From: Candidatus Thorarchaeota archaeon
GTDB lineage: Archaea > Asgardarchaeota > Thorarchaeia > Thorarchaeales > Thorarchaeaceae
Reading direction: 5' to 3'
DNA length: 15,668 nucleotides
Assembly (NCBI GenBank): GCA_029858305.1
Contig: JAOUFI010000050.1
Coordinates: forward strand, 1 to 15,668
Shown: one piece after another, positions 1-8,692 of the stretch
How the letters are laid out: each line of letters begins with the position of its first letter
Numbering within the stretch: position 1 is the first letter of the stretch
Translations under genes and position numbers: made by a program
Notes under the pieces: generated by a model
The model's database searches: none
What the model was told of the DNA's origin: nothing
The model's input: only the letters and a program-made list of their open reading frames with translations

Positions 1-532
1 TCCAGAACCACCTATGGGTGATAATCCATCAATTCTCCCACTCTTTACTGAAGTCAAAAAGACATCTAAGACATCTGATGATAATAATACTGAATTGGAT
101 ACTGTTGAGAGTTCAAATGAAACAATTATCAACAACGAGGATCCGGGAACACATCCGATTGCACCCTCCACTCCTTCTCCCGAAGATATTTCTGTGTCCT
201 TAGAAGACCATATTGACTCTGCTGCTGATTCAATTGACTCAACTGCAACAAGCGCAAAAGTGAGTCGTGTTCTCGATCCAATCGCGCAAGAGCTACGCAC
301 CGGTGAAGCAACTGCGGACATAATCATGGACTATCTTCAATCAGCGAAAGAGTACTTGATTGACGAGGATGAACGGAAAAAGAAAGTTGCACGGGACATG
401 GATATAGTCTTGAATTTTCTGAAAGCGCGGGGAAAGAGAGGAATAAGATCTGAAGAGCGTGATAATATACTAAAAAGAATACGCCGCTGGAAAGCCCACC
501 TAGTTAGCTACTCAGACTCTCCAGCAGAATAG
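1..532 (+). CDS. Hypothetical protein, probably the C-terminal part of a longer ORF (acidic/Pro/Ser-rich linker followed by a helical C-terminal domain)
   Basis: The frame of ORF 14..532 stays open back to the window edge (CCA GAA CCA CCT). A low-complexity linker is followed by an amphipathic helical region ending ILKRIRRWKAHL. No family recognised. Confidence 0.7.
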   Translation, partial: PEPPMGDNPSILPLFTEVKKTSKTSDDNNTELDTVESSNETIINNEDPGTHPIAPSTPSPEDISVSLEDHIDSAADSIDSTATSAKVSRVLDPIAQELRTGEATADIIMDYLQSAKEYLIDEDERKKKVARDMDIVLNFLKARGKRGIRSEERDNILKRIRRWKAHLVSYSDSPAE

Positions 533-549
533 GTAAAGACCGGATTAAC

Positions 550-840
550 CTAGTCTAGGTCAAGTATGACGCGTTTTACCTTTGTCTTTGAAATTTTCTT
601 CAGACCATGCTGACCTGGTTCGTATCTACAATCCAGAAGACCCGCTTCATAGAGAATCTTGATTTGTGCACTGGCATTAGCCTCGGTTCCACCAAGATGC
701 CTTGCCACTCGTGTTACATCTTTTTCACCTTGAAGAAGGAGTTTCAGTACTTTCAATCTTGTTGCAGAAGATAGCGCGCGTCCAATACGTAGTATTGCAT
801 CATCGTTATCAATTTGTAGTGTTTCGGACAGTTCTTGCAC
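550..840 (-). CDS. ArsR/SmtB-family winged helix-turn-helix transcriptional regulator
   Basis: 96 aa with ALSSATRLKVLKLL...DVTRVARHLG..EANASAQIKILYEAGLL, the typical ArsR wHTH pattern. Confidence 0.85.
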   Translation of the reverse strand: MQELSETLQIDNDDAILRIGRALSSATRLKVLKLLLQGEKDVTRVARHLGGTEANASAQIKILYEAGLLDCRYEPGQHGLKKISKTKVKRVILDLD

Positions 841-860
841 CTCATGCGAGCGTTAGCGTG

Positions 861-888
861 TTGCTTAAGCAAGTCTTTATTATACTTG
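861..888. promoter_or_regulatory. Divergent promoter region: palindrome TTGCTTAAGCAA plus TATA-like CTTTATTATA flanked by CAAGT/ACTTG
   Basis: A perfect 12-bp palindrome at 861-872 and an AT-rich TATA-like box at about 875-884 lie between the divergent ArsR and DUF460 genes. Confidence 0.4.
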
Positions 889-982
889 TTGTTTGGGAAG
901 TCTTCATAATACGTTCACATAACCCAATGGTCAAAAGGGTTCATAGCCAGTCTAAATTATTGTGATGTGAGTGCTGAGCTGA

Positions 983-3010
983 ATGGGCGATGAAAGAGTA
1001 TTCATCATTGGTTTTGATATACTGCCATCACACAGTCCTGGAGCGAAGTCTGCCCCAAAATTTGCTTGCGTAATAATGAGAGATGGAATCATTCTGAATG
1101 AGTATCCAGAACTATCTCGAGGCGCTTTATTAAAAGTAGTAAAAACAATTTCACCAAAGTGGTTCTGTACCGATAATATCTTCGAGATAGTCCCTGACAG
1201 CAAATCACTATTCCAACTTGCAAGTCGTATCCCCAATGAAACAAGAATTGTACAAGTGACAGGTGTGCCACCGCACCAAATTCAGCTCAAAATTTTAGCT
1301 CGACGCCATGGTATAAACGTACGAGGAAAACCAAGTGCTTTAGAATCAGCAGCAATTGCAGCTCAACTTGCATCGAAAGGTATTGGTCACTCATTGGAGT
1401 GTTTCAGCGAACAGACTGAGATTAAAGTAACAAGGGCTCGGAAACCCGGTAGTGGCGGACAGAGCGCGAATAGGTACAGACGCAGAATTCACTCCGAGAT
1501 TCAACAGATGACCCGGTTCATTGAATCTCAACTCAAAGCTGCTGAAATCGAGTACGACATTGATGTTCGCGCATCTGATTTTGGATACGCAAGTGCGCGA
1601 CTAATAACGAATGCGCCGCTCCCAGTAATACGAAATAAAATTGAGGCCAAGCGAGGTGGTGATTTCAACATTCTGATTTCACCTGTTCGTAAGCGTGTTG
1701 AGTTCGTGCCTCTTGAACCAATGCCGAGCATTTCTGAAACCAAACCAAGATATTACATACTTGGAGTTGATCCGGGAATTACTGCCGCATACTGTCTTCT
1801 CTCTTTAGATGGAAATGTAAAGGTTCTGAGAAGCAGGAAAGGGCTTACAAGAGCTGATATGATACGCGAGGTCTATGAAACTGGTATTCCAATCATGTTG
1901 GCTTCCGATGTTCCACAGGCACCCCATTTTATTGAGAAGATGGCAAGTACGATTAATACCATCGTGTATACTCCTGCAAAAGCTATTCCTGTTGCTGAAA
2001 AACAAGAGCTTGTACGATCATATGGCAATAACACTAGGGTTCGTAATGCACATGAACGAGATGCGCTAACAGCTGCAATCTACGCATTCAGATCTGTCCA
2101 ACCAAAATTACAGCAGATTGATCGAATGATAAGAGAAGAGCAGCTCACGGTTGATCGAAATCATCTGAAGGCTCTTGTCATCAAGGGTACTCCGATTAAT
2201 GAGGCTCTAGCAAGTTTAGAACGTTCTGGTGCAGAGATTGTGGAAAGTATACCAGAGGAACAACCAGTCCAACCATCTGAGGAGAAGCTGACACAAGAAA
2301 GATTTGACGCACTCAAGAATCGTCTTGAGCAAATAGAGGATGAAAATCAGGTACTTGCAGAAAAAGTGGAAGATCTCACACGATTCGTAGAGTATCTCAG
2401 GTTCAGAGAAAGCGAGCTCAAGCACAGCCTTGAGATAGTAACTCAAGATAACTACTGGAGAATAAAACGGGACAGAGAAGTGGAGAAATCAAAATCTTCA
2501 CTAAAGAAAGCTGAAGCTGACATCATCAAACTTCAAAAGCAAGAGGCAACATTGAAGAGTAGATTAGAGCTTCTCAAAGGTGTCAAGCGTCTTGAGATGC
2601 GGGGTGACATGTTAGCTGTAAAAGTGATTCCACATTTCACCCGAGAGAGTTTAGAAGAGTACAATCATAAGGTTGGCTTTAAGTCAGGAGATATCGTCTT
2701 ATTCGAGGATGCATCAGGCGGAGGTCCTCAGACTGCAGGGCTATTAATTGAAAAACAGATTCGTGCCGTCGTTGTTGACACTCCAATTTCACATCTTCCA
2801 AGAGAAGAGCTCATTCGAGCTCTTATACCAATTATTGAAGCAGAAGATGTGGAGTTACGACGAGTTGATGAATTTGCATTCATCAGTCGTAAAAAGTTTG
2901 AGAGTGTTCTTCAATCCTTCATTAAGGATGTACGCGAACAGGCGAGGCAGAAGGGTGAAGAACAACTAGTACAAATGATTGAGCGATATAAACGAGAGAT
3001 AGAACGTTAG
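983..3010 (+). CDS. DUF460 domain-containing protein (two RNase H-like domains, GGQ-containing loop, long coiled coil)
   Basis: N-terminal IIGFDI...TDN. GSGGQSANRYRRRIH follows, then a second RNase H/RuvC-like unit (ILGVDPG...LASD...HERDA), a heptad-rich coiled coil at about aa 435-540, and a C-terminal DASGGG motif. This matches the archaeal DUF460 architecture. Confidence 0.85.
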   Translation: MGDERVFIIGFDILPSHSPGAKSAPKFACVIMRDGIILNEYPELSRGALLKVVKTISPKWFCTDNIFEIVPDSKSLFQLASRIPNETRIVQVTGVPPHQIQLKILARRHGINVRGKPSALESAAIAAQLASKGIGHSLECFSEQTEIKVTRARKPGSGGQSANRYRRRIHSEIQQMTRFIESQLKAAEIEYDIDVRASDFGYASARLITNAPLPVIRNKIEAKRGGDFNILISPVRKRVEFVPLEPMPSISETKPRYYILGVDPGITAAYCLLSLDGNVKVLRSRKGLTRADMIREVYETGIPIMLASDVPQAPHFIEKMASTINTIVYTPAKAIPVAEKQELVRSYGNNTRVRNAHERDALTAAIYAFRSVQPKLQQIDRMIREEQLTVDRNHLKALVIKGTPINEALASLERSGAEIVESIPEEQPVQPSEEKLTQERFDALKNRLEQIEDENQVLAEKVEDLTRFVEYLRFRESELKHSLEIVTQDNYWRIKRDREVEKSKSSLKKAEADIIKLQKQEATLKSRLELLKGVKRLEMRGDMLAVKVIPHFTRESLEEYNHKVGFKSGDIVLFEDASGGGPQTAGLLIEKQIRAVVVDTPISHLPREELIRALIPIIEAEDVELRRVDEFAFISRKKFESVLQSFIKDVREQARQKGEEQLVQMIERYKREIER

Positions 3011-3030
3011 GTTCTTTATTCAGATAGTGT

Positions 3031-3258
3031 TTATTCCGGAATCTGTATCCAAAGGATATTGTTGCCTCTAATCAAGATTTGACCGTATTTTGCTAAAATC
3101 TGTTCGTTTTCCATCTCTTCAGCTTCTGCAAGTGTGAGGTTCATGTACATGTCACACCTAGTTAGGTGGCCTCTGAAAATCCTTTGATCTTTGAGCTTCA
3201 CAGAGATTACATCTTCAAGTTGTTGTTCAAGTGCTTTAATGGGCATTTTTTCGGACAA
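3031..3258 (-). CDS. Sm/LSm-family RNA-binding protein (SmAP)
   Basis: Sm1 motif VKLKD.R.FRG.L...D.YMNL.L.EAEE and Sm2 motif ILIRGNNI in 75 aa. TATA-like CTTTATAA on the minus strand about 40 nt upstream. Confidence 0.93.
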   Translation of the reverse strand: MSEKMPIKALEQQLEDVISVKLKDQRIFRGHLTRCDMYMNLTLAEAEEMENEQILAKYGQILIRGNNILWIQIPE

Positions 3259-3403
3259 GCTGTACGCCTCTCGAAAGTGGCCGATTGCGAGGATTATAAA
3301 GCCTTTGCTAGAAGAACTTTGGAAATTATGACCTAAGCGGAAGAGTCAACTTGTGTTGACATATCTCCAATTTGAAGAATCCAATTAACTCAAGGTTACC
3401 AAA

Positions 3404-4402
3404 ATGCCAATTATCTGTCTTGGACTTGAAGGAACTGCACACTCATTCGGTGCTGGTATAGTCACTAGTGAGGGTGCCGTACTAGCTAATGAGTGGGACA
3501 TGTTAAAACCCTCCCAGGGAGGCATCCATCCACGTGAAGCAAGCAGGCATCACTCTGATTTAGGTCCAAGTATTATTGGTAAGGCATTGGATACTGCGGG
3601 CGTCAATTACAAGGATATTGATTTGATAGCCTTTTCTAGAGGTCCTGGCTTAGGTCCTTGCCTGAGAACTACAGCCACCATGGCTAGAACACTTGCAGCA
3701 AAACTTGGAATTCCTCTTGTAGATGTCAATCATTGCGTTGCTCATATAGAGATAGGAAACCTAGAGTCTGGTTTCAATGACCCAGTAACTGTGTATGTTT
3801 CAGGGGGAAATACTCAGATAATTGCATTTGCCGGAGGACGTTTCAGGACCTTTGGAGAAACATTAGACATTGCAATCGGAAACATGTTGGATGTACTTGG
3901 TCGCCATCTTGGAATGCCTTTTCCTGCAGGTCCAATGATAGAAAAAGCAGCAAAGGAGGGTAGAACTTTCCATAGTCTTCCCTACTCTGTCAAGGGTATG
4001 GATCTCAGCTATTCAGGAATGTTTACTTCAGCAAAAAGACTATTCTCGGAAGGAGTCCCAATCCCAGATATCTGCTTCAGTGTTCAAGAAACCTCGTTCG
4101 GTATGCTGGCAGAGATTGCTGAAAGAGCCCTTGCGCACACGAAGAAAAACGAACTTCTTCTCACTGGAGGTGTTGCACGTAATAATCGCCTAACAGAGAT
4201 TCTAACAGGAGTTTCGGAACGGCACGAAGCACGATTTCATAGAGTTTCTCCCTCTCTCGCTGGCGATCAGGGAGCGATGATTGCTTGGAATGGCATCTTA
4301 CAATACCTATCTGGTCATGAAATTAAAATCAGCAATTCTCATGTTCTCCCAAAATGGAGAACTGATGAACAGGACATAATTTGGAGGGGGCAGAATGAGT
4401 AA
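3404..4402 (+). CDS. kae1: KEOPS complex N6-L-threonylcarbamoyladenine (t6A) synthase Kae1
   Basis: Motifs GLEGTAH, GGIHPREA, GPGL, VNHCVAHIE (HxxxH metal ligands), VSGG, GETLDIAIGN, VKGMDLSYSG, GGVA.N and D.GAMIA. Confidence 0.97.
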   Translation: MPIICLGLEGTAHSFGAGIVTSEGAVLANEWDMLKPSQGGIHPREASRHHSDLGPSIIGKALDTAGVNYKDIDLIAFSRGPGLGPCLRTTATMARTLAAKLGIPLVDVNHCVAHIEIGNLESGFNDPVTVYVSGGNTQIIAFAGGRFRTFGETLDIAIGNMLDVLGRHLGMPFPAGPMIEKAAKEGRTFHSLPYSVKGMDLSYSGMFTSAKRLFSEGVPIPDICFSVQETSFGMLAEIAERALAHTKKNELLLTGGVARNNRLTEILTGVSERHEARFHRVSPSLAGDQGAMIAWNGILQYLSGHEIKISNSHVLPKWRTDEQDIIWRGQNE

Positions 4403-5024
4403 TACCATTCTTGCTCTTGGTGCCGAGTCCGTTATTTTCAAGACTCGGAGATGGAATCAGTTTTTTGTCCTAAAGTGGCGTAAGACAAAGCCCTACCTCT
4501 TGGAAGAGATTGATACCCTGCTAAGGAAAACACGAACAAGTAAAGAATGCAGAACCCTCACAATAGCTCGTGAGCTGGGTGTGCGTACACCTGCCGTATA
4601 TTCCGTGGACCTCAACAATTATTCAATACTGATGGATTTCATAGAAGGAACACAGTTCAAACTGCTTGTAGAAAGACTTGATCAGAAGCAGCTTCTTGAA
4701 CTATGCCAAAGATTTGGGCAATCAATTGCTCAACTTCACCAAGGGGGCGTTGTTCATGGTGATCCAACAACAAGTAATGTAATAGTCGACAAGCATTTCC
4801 ACCTCTGGCTTATTGACTTTGGCTTATCTGAGATGAACGCCACTGTGGAAATGAAGGGTGTTGACCTTCATCTGATTCGTAGAGCACTTGAAACTACTCA
4901 TTGGGATAAGCAAGAACTCATGTTGAATGCTACCATAGAAGGCTATATTGATACAATTGGCAAAGAAGCTGAAGATTCGCTGTCAAGAATGAATGAGATT
5001 CGAGAACGTGGAAGATATCACTGA
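4395..5024 (+). CDS. bud32: KEOPS complex kinase/ATPase Bud32
   Basis: Motifs GAE, VHGDPTTSN, IDFGL, KGVDLHL and the C-terminal IRERGRY tail. Overlaps the kae1 end by 8 nt and has GGAGG at 4383-4387. Confidence 0.96.
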   Translation: MSNTILALGAESVIFKTRRWNQFFVLKWRKTKPYLLEEIDTLLRKTRTSKECRTLTIARELGVRTPAVYSVDLNNYSILMDFIEGTQFKLLVERLDQKQLLELCQRFGQSIAQLHQGGVVHGDPTTSNVIVDKHFHLWLIDFGLSEMNATVEMKGVDLHLIRRALETTHWDKQELMLNATIEGYIDTIGKEAEDSLSRMNEIRERGRYH

Positions 5025-5139
5025 TACAACAATAAACTAGTCCACGTAAGTCACCACAAGGTAATCTTTATATCCACAGCACAAGGGCAAGGGAACAGAA
5101 CCCGATTTTTTGGGAATAGATAACCTAGAGGTTGTCCCG

Positions 5140-5601
5140 ATGGCAAGAATGCATACAAGACGCAAAGGTCAGTCCGGGAGCAAGCGTCCTTCAACAATGC
5201 GAGTACCCGAATGGCTGGACAAGGAAAAGAATGCCCAGTGGGTAGAAGAGAAAGTTATCGAGCTTGCCAAAGCGGGTAACAGCCCATCTATGATAGGTAT
5301 GATATTGCGAGACCAGTTTGGCGTACCCTTGGCAAAAGTCGTCACCAACAAGAGCGTGTTAGCCATTCTCAGGGAGAACGATCTCGCAAGAAGAGTTCCA
5401 GAAGACCTTCGAAACATGATCATTAAGGCAGCCAGTATTCGAAAACATCTTGAAGAGAACAAAAAGGATCATGTTTCCAAACGTGGTTTACTACTTGCCG
5501 AAAACAAGATACACAGACTTTCGAAGTATTATCGTAAAACAAAAGTCTTGCCAGGCGACTGGAAATACAGCCCTGATCAAGCAGCTGTGCTACTAAGATA
5601 G
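5140..5601 (+). CDS. rps15: 30S ribosomal protein S15 (uS15/S13e)
   Basis: MARMHTRRKGQSGSKRP...PSMIGMILRDQFGVP...PEDL...HLEENKKD..SKRGL.L.E.KI.RL.KYY. Start moved from TTG 5110 to ATG 5140, which has GAGGT upstream. TATA-like CTTTATAT at about 5066-5073. Confidence 0.97.
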   Translation: MARMHTRRKGQSGSKRPSTMRVPEWLDKEKNAQWVEEKVIELAKAGNSPSMIGMILRDQFGVPLAKVVTNKSVLAILRENDLARRVPEDLRNMIIKAASIRKHLEENKKDHVSKRGLLLAENKIHRLSKYYRKTKVLPGDWKYSPDQAAVLLR

Positions 5602-5608
5602 TTTTATC

Positions 5609-6964
5609 ATGTCTAACCATCTCTCTATCTTTGAGATGAGCCAAAAGACAGGTAGCATTCCCTCCTTAAAGATGCTGGAGAAAGACTGCAGCACAGTCAA
5701 TATTGATAGCAGCAGCCAAACCCTTCTAGTAACATCTCCATACCCAGAGGCAACTCTAGCTAGTGCAATTTTGTCAAGAGCGCTATTAAGATCGAATAGA
5801 AAGTTCCATGTCACTTTTGTTCAACCAGTGATGACAGTAGAATCACTTATTGAAATCAAGACTAAGTTTGACTCCTCAACGGTCATTGCAATTGGCATTG
5901 ATGTTCTCGGAACAAAGAAAATCAAGAAAGGCAAGAGTTATCCAATCCTAATCGGAGGAACCTCAGAGTCAGAACAATTACATACAATCACTATCGGAAC
6001 TGACTTCACCATAACTCCAGCTGCATATGCGTTAGCTAAGTCGCAGATAGATGTAAGCTCTTATGACCTACAGCTTGCGGCTACTGGCGTTCTAATCCAA
6101 GACGAAATGAACGGAACCAAGAAAGGAGCTAATAAAGAAATCACAGATCTGGCTGAAAAGGAAGGATTGGTAGAAGAACGGAAAGGATTCAGATTGTTTG
6201 GGGTAGGGATGTTGCCTCTTGACGAAGCACTACTTCATAGTACACACCCCTATCTACCCACAATTAGTGGAAATCAAAAAGCTTGCGACGAGCTTTTAAT
6301 TGCTTCAGAAATACCTGTTCAAAAACTGCGATCACCCCTGAACAATCTCAATACATCAGAAGCCCAGCGACTCACATCGAATCTCATTACGCGATTGGAT
6401 CCTGGAGTAATACCCTATCTCCTAGGCAAAGACTACATACTCAAACTCGAGCGTGAATCCAGCCCAATAAGATATGTTTCAGGAGTTGAAATCGTGGCTA
6501 CCACAGCATGGGCAAGGCATGAGTTGGGCACAATAATGAGTGTATGGCTAGGAGATAGAGGACGAGCCCTAAGAGTTATGATTGACAGTCATATGAGTCA
6601 CAATAAGGATGTCATATCCTCTGTTCAGAGACTTGACTCAGGATTGGTTGTGGAGTCCACCTCTTCTGCTACAATAGTGAAGCTAATCGGCTCAAAAGCT
6701 GAGATACTGCCTGATGCAGGGAGGATTGCTCTAAGTAATAGGCTTGTTGATCCTGATAAGCCGCTTGTTCTGGATAATGAAGAGTCTTCGACCATTATCT
6801 GGCCATATTCTAGATTTAACACCAAACAAGTTCTTCGAAGTCTATTGAAAAAAGGGATTCTTCCTCTCACCTCATCATCTCAATCTGTTACGATTATTAA
6901 TAGTCCTGAAGTTACAGAAATGGTACTTCAGCTGATCTTAAACATCGACAAGGCCGGTAGCTAA
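5609..6964 (+). CDS. DHH-superfamily RecJ/GAN (archaeal Cdc45-like) protein, catalytic motifs degenerate
   Basis: Aligns by eye to archaeal RecJ/GAN (SAILSRALLR...FHVTFV; FRLFG...PL..AL..ST.PYLP.ISG; WLGDR) and sits in the conserved position after rps15. The HxDADG, DxG, DHH and GGGH motifs are missing. Confidence 0.75.
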   Translation: MSNHLSIFEMSQKTGSIPSLKMLEKDCSTVNIDSSSQTLLVTSPYPEATLASAILSRALLRSNRKFHVTFVQPVMTVESLIEIKTKFDSSTVIAIGIDVLGTKKIKKGKSYPILIGGTSESEQLHTITIGTDFTITPAAYALAKSQIDVSSYDLQLAATGVLIQDEMNGTKKGANKEITDLAEKEGLVEERKGFRLFGVGMLPLDEALLHSTHPYLPTISGNQKACDELLIASEIPVQKLRSPLNNLNTSEAQRLTSNLITRLDPGVIPYLLGKDYILKLERESSPIRYVSGVEIVATTAWARHELGTIMSVWLGDRGRALRVMIDSHMSHNKDVISSVQRLDSGLVVESTSSATIVKLIGSKAEILPDAGRIALSNRLVDPDKPLVLDNEESSTIIWPYSRFNTKQVLRSLLKKGILPLTSSSQSVTIINSPEVTEMVLQLILNIDKAGS

Positions 6965-6966
6965 TA

Positions 6967-7218
6967 ATGATAGCAAATATCAAGATTGAGTTTCAATCAC
7001 CTGAAATCGCAAAGAGGGTCTTAGAAGCAATATCCCCTGATAACTCTCCGCTCCCAGTTGGATTAACCATCTCGTGCAGAGTGAGCGATGTATCTCTATT
7101 TGTAAAGGTTCAGTGCGAGAGGAGTATCGAAAGTCTAGGTGCCACATTGGAAGACATCATGAGTGCGATAGACCTATCGATAAGAACCTCTGAATCTGTA
7201 GAAACAGAAGATAAATGA
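6967..7218 (+). CDS. KEOPS complex Pcc1-family subunit (probably the Pcc2 paralog)
   Basis: 83 aa with a beta-alpha-beta-beta-alpha pattern, AISPDN and SLGATLEDIM. Lies in the conserved rps15-RecJ-pcc context. Confidence 0.85.
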   Translation: MIANIKIEFQSPEIAKRVLEAISPDNSPLPVGLTISCRVSDVSLFVKVQCERSIESLGATLEDIMSAIDLSIRTSESVETEDK

Positions 7219-7222
7219 CAGC

Positions 7223-8692
7223 TCACTCCAAGTTTTCACCTATGCCTATACCCTCGATAAGTTGCTGGAAAGCAGCTTCAGCTCTTGTTCGTGAATGCTC
7301 AGCCATTTCTTCTGTGATGAATCCCCGTTGAACAGCACGTTTCAGAAGATGCTGATCTATGATTCTAGGTTCTTGATCAACAGGTGCCCTAACAACATCA
7401 ATCTCAAGGTCAACGTAACGAATTCTTCCCGGATTACCTCCATTACTCGGATATACTTCTACCCCTGTATTGATATTGACATATGTTCCCTTTACTCTAC
7501 CATTTCTTGAATAATAATTTGTGAAAAGAGTCATAGCACCTGGTTGCACTTGAGTAAGAGCGTAATCTCCTTCATCTCCAACTACATCAACACCCTCAGC
7601 ATACTCCTGTACTAACTTCAGCTTTCGGTTGGTATGCCTAAACTGTCTCATAATCACAAAACCCTTGGGATTATTTTCTACTATCCTCCCTCTAGCTAGT
7701 ACAATATTCCGTCCATCTAATTTTACATGTTCAATATTGACTGTATCATCGACCTTTGGCATGTCTTTTGACACAATTTTTTCGAGTTTGGAGGTGATGT
7801 ACGCGCGTTCTTCGGGACGCTCTTCGATAATTGTTTCTGCTAGATCGACAAGGGATGAATACCCTGCGCTCTTGTAGAAGTGGTGCTTGTCAATTGTTGG
7901 TTTGATTTTTGCTCTCGTTTTATCAAGAGCTTCCTTGACTTCTGAAGGGAATTCGATATCTGCATTACTGGTTCCCTCAAAGAGTATGCCAGTTGATGCC
8001 ATCTCATTGTAGTTCTTATACACTCTCTGCGCAATATCAAGAAGATCATCAACCTCGTCCTGCAGCTCTTTATCGGTTAGGTTCTCTGCGGCAGTTCTCC
8101 AGAGAATTCCCCAATTGTCAGTATGTTCACGAATCTTTCTACCAAGTGTTGCGAGATTGTTTCGTGCCTCTTGTTCCTTGATTTTCGTACTAAGTCGTAC
8201 AACTGGTTCGGGGAGAAGAACTGCAGCTCGACCTGGTATGGTAATACTGGAAGACAAAACAGGAGATTTACGTCCATAATCATGAGCACGAATCTGGACC
8301 ATTAGCGGTTGACCACGTTCTAGCCCTCTGTCTGGTAATAATCCTGATATAGCTCCTAAATCGACTTTTGTCTGTCCTGTTTTCTCGTCTCTCCCTGATA
8401 CAATTCCACGATATATTGAACTCTTAGCTACTCTAGGCGTTCTAGTGATTACGCCCCCCAAACGTCTACGAAACACATCAGTAAGTCGATTCAATATTGA
8501 TTCGTATGCGATTGCGACTATACCTTGCAGGTCGCTTCGATCCCAGATATCAATATCTGGAATCTCACTACGATATGGAAGCCCAAACCTTCTAGCCACT
8601 TCAGGAGTGGGTTGAACCATCTCGAAATGGTTTTGCAGCAATATCTGAGTCAAGGATTGTGAATAGATTCCTCTTATCTTCGCCTTAATCAT
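7223..8692 (-). CDS. fau-1: FAU-1/AubA RNA-binding ribonuclease (RNase E/G-like N-terminal region, S1 domain, C-terminal DUF402)
   Basis: Starts MIKAKIRGIYS (the FAU-1 IRGIY motif). Contains WGILWRTAA, HHFYK, and C-terminal GTYVNINTGVE...IRYVDLEIDVV. Start set at ATG 8692, giving 489 aa. Confidence 0.88.
   Translation of the reverse strand: MIKAKIRGIYSQSLTQILLQNHFEMVQPTPEVARRFGLPYRSEIPDIDIWDRSDLQGIVAIAYESILNRLTDVFRRRLGGVITRTPRVAKSSIYRGIVSGRDEKTGQTKVDLGAISGLLPDRGLERGQPLMVQIRAHDYGRKSPVLSSSITIPGRAAVLLPEPVVRLSTKIKEQEARNNLATLGRKIREHTDNWGILWRTAAENLTDKELQDEVDDLLDIAQRVYKNYNEMASTGILFEGTSNADIEFPSEVKEALDKTRAKIKPTIDKHHFYKSAGYSSLVDLAETIIEERPEERAYITSKLEKIVSKDMPKVDDTVNIEHVKLDGRNIVLARGRIVENNPKGFVIMRQFRHTNRKLKLVQEYAEGVDVVGDEGDYALTQVQPGAMTLFTNYYSRNGRVKGTYVNINTGVEVYPSNGGNPGRIRYVDLEIDVVRAPVDQEPRIIDQHLLKRAVQRGFITEEMAEHSRTRAEAAFQQLIEGIGIGENLE

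Noticed and set aside
4395-4402. kae1/bud32 overlap as a frameshifted Kae1-Bud32 fusion
   Set aside because: Each gene has its own complete termini and bud32 has a GGAGG before its ATG. Separate genes are normal in many archaea.
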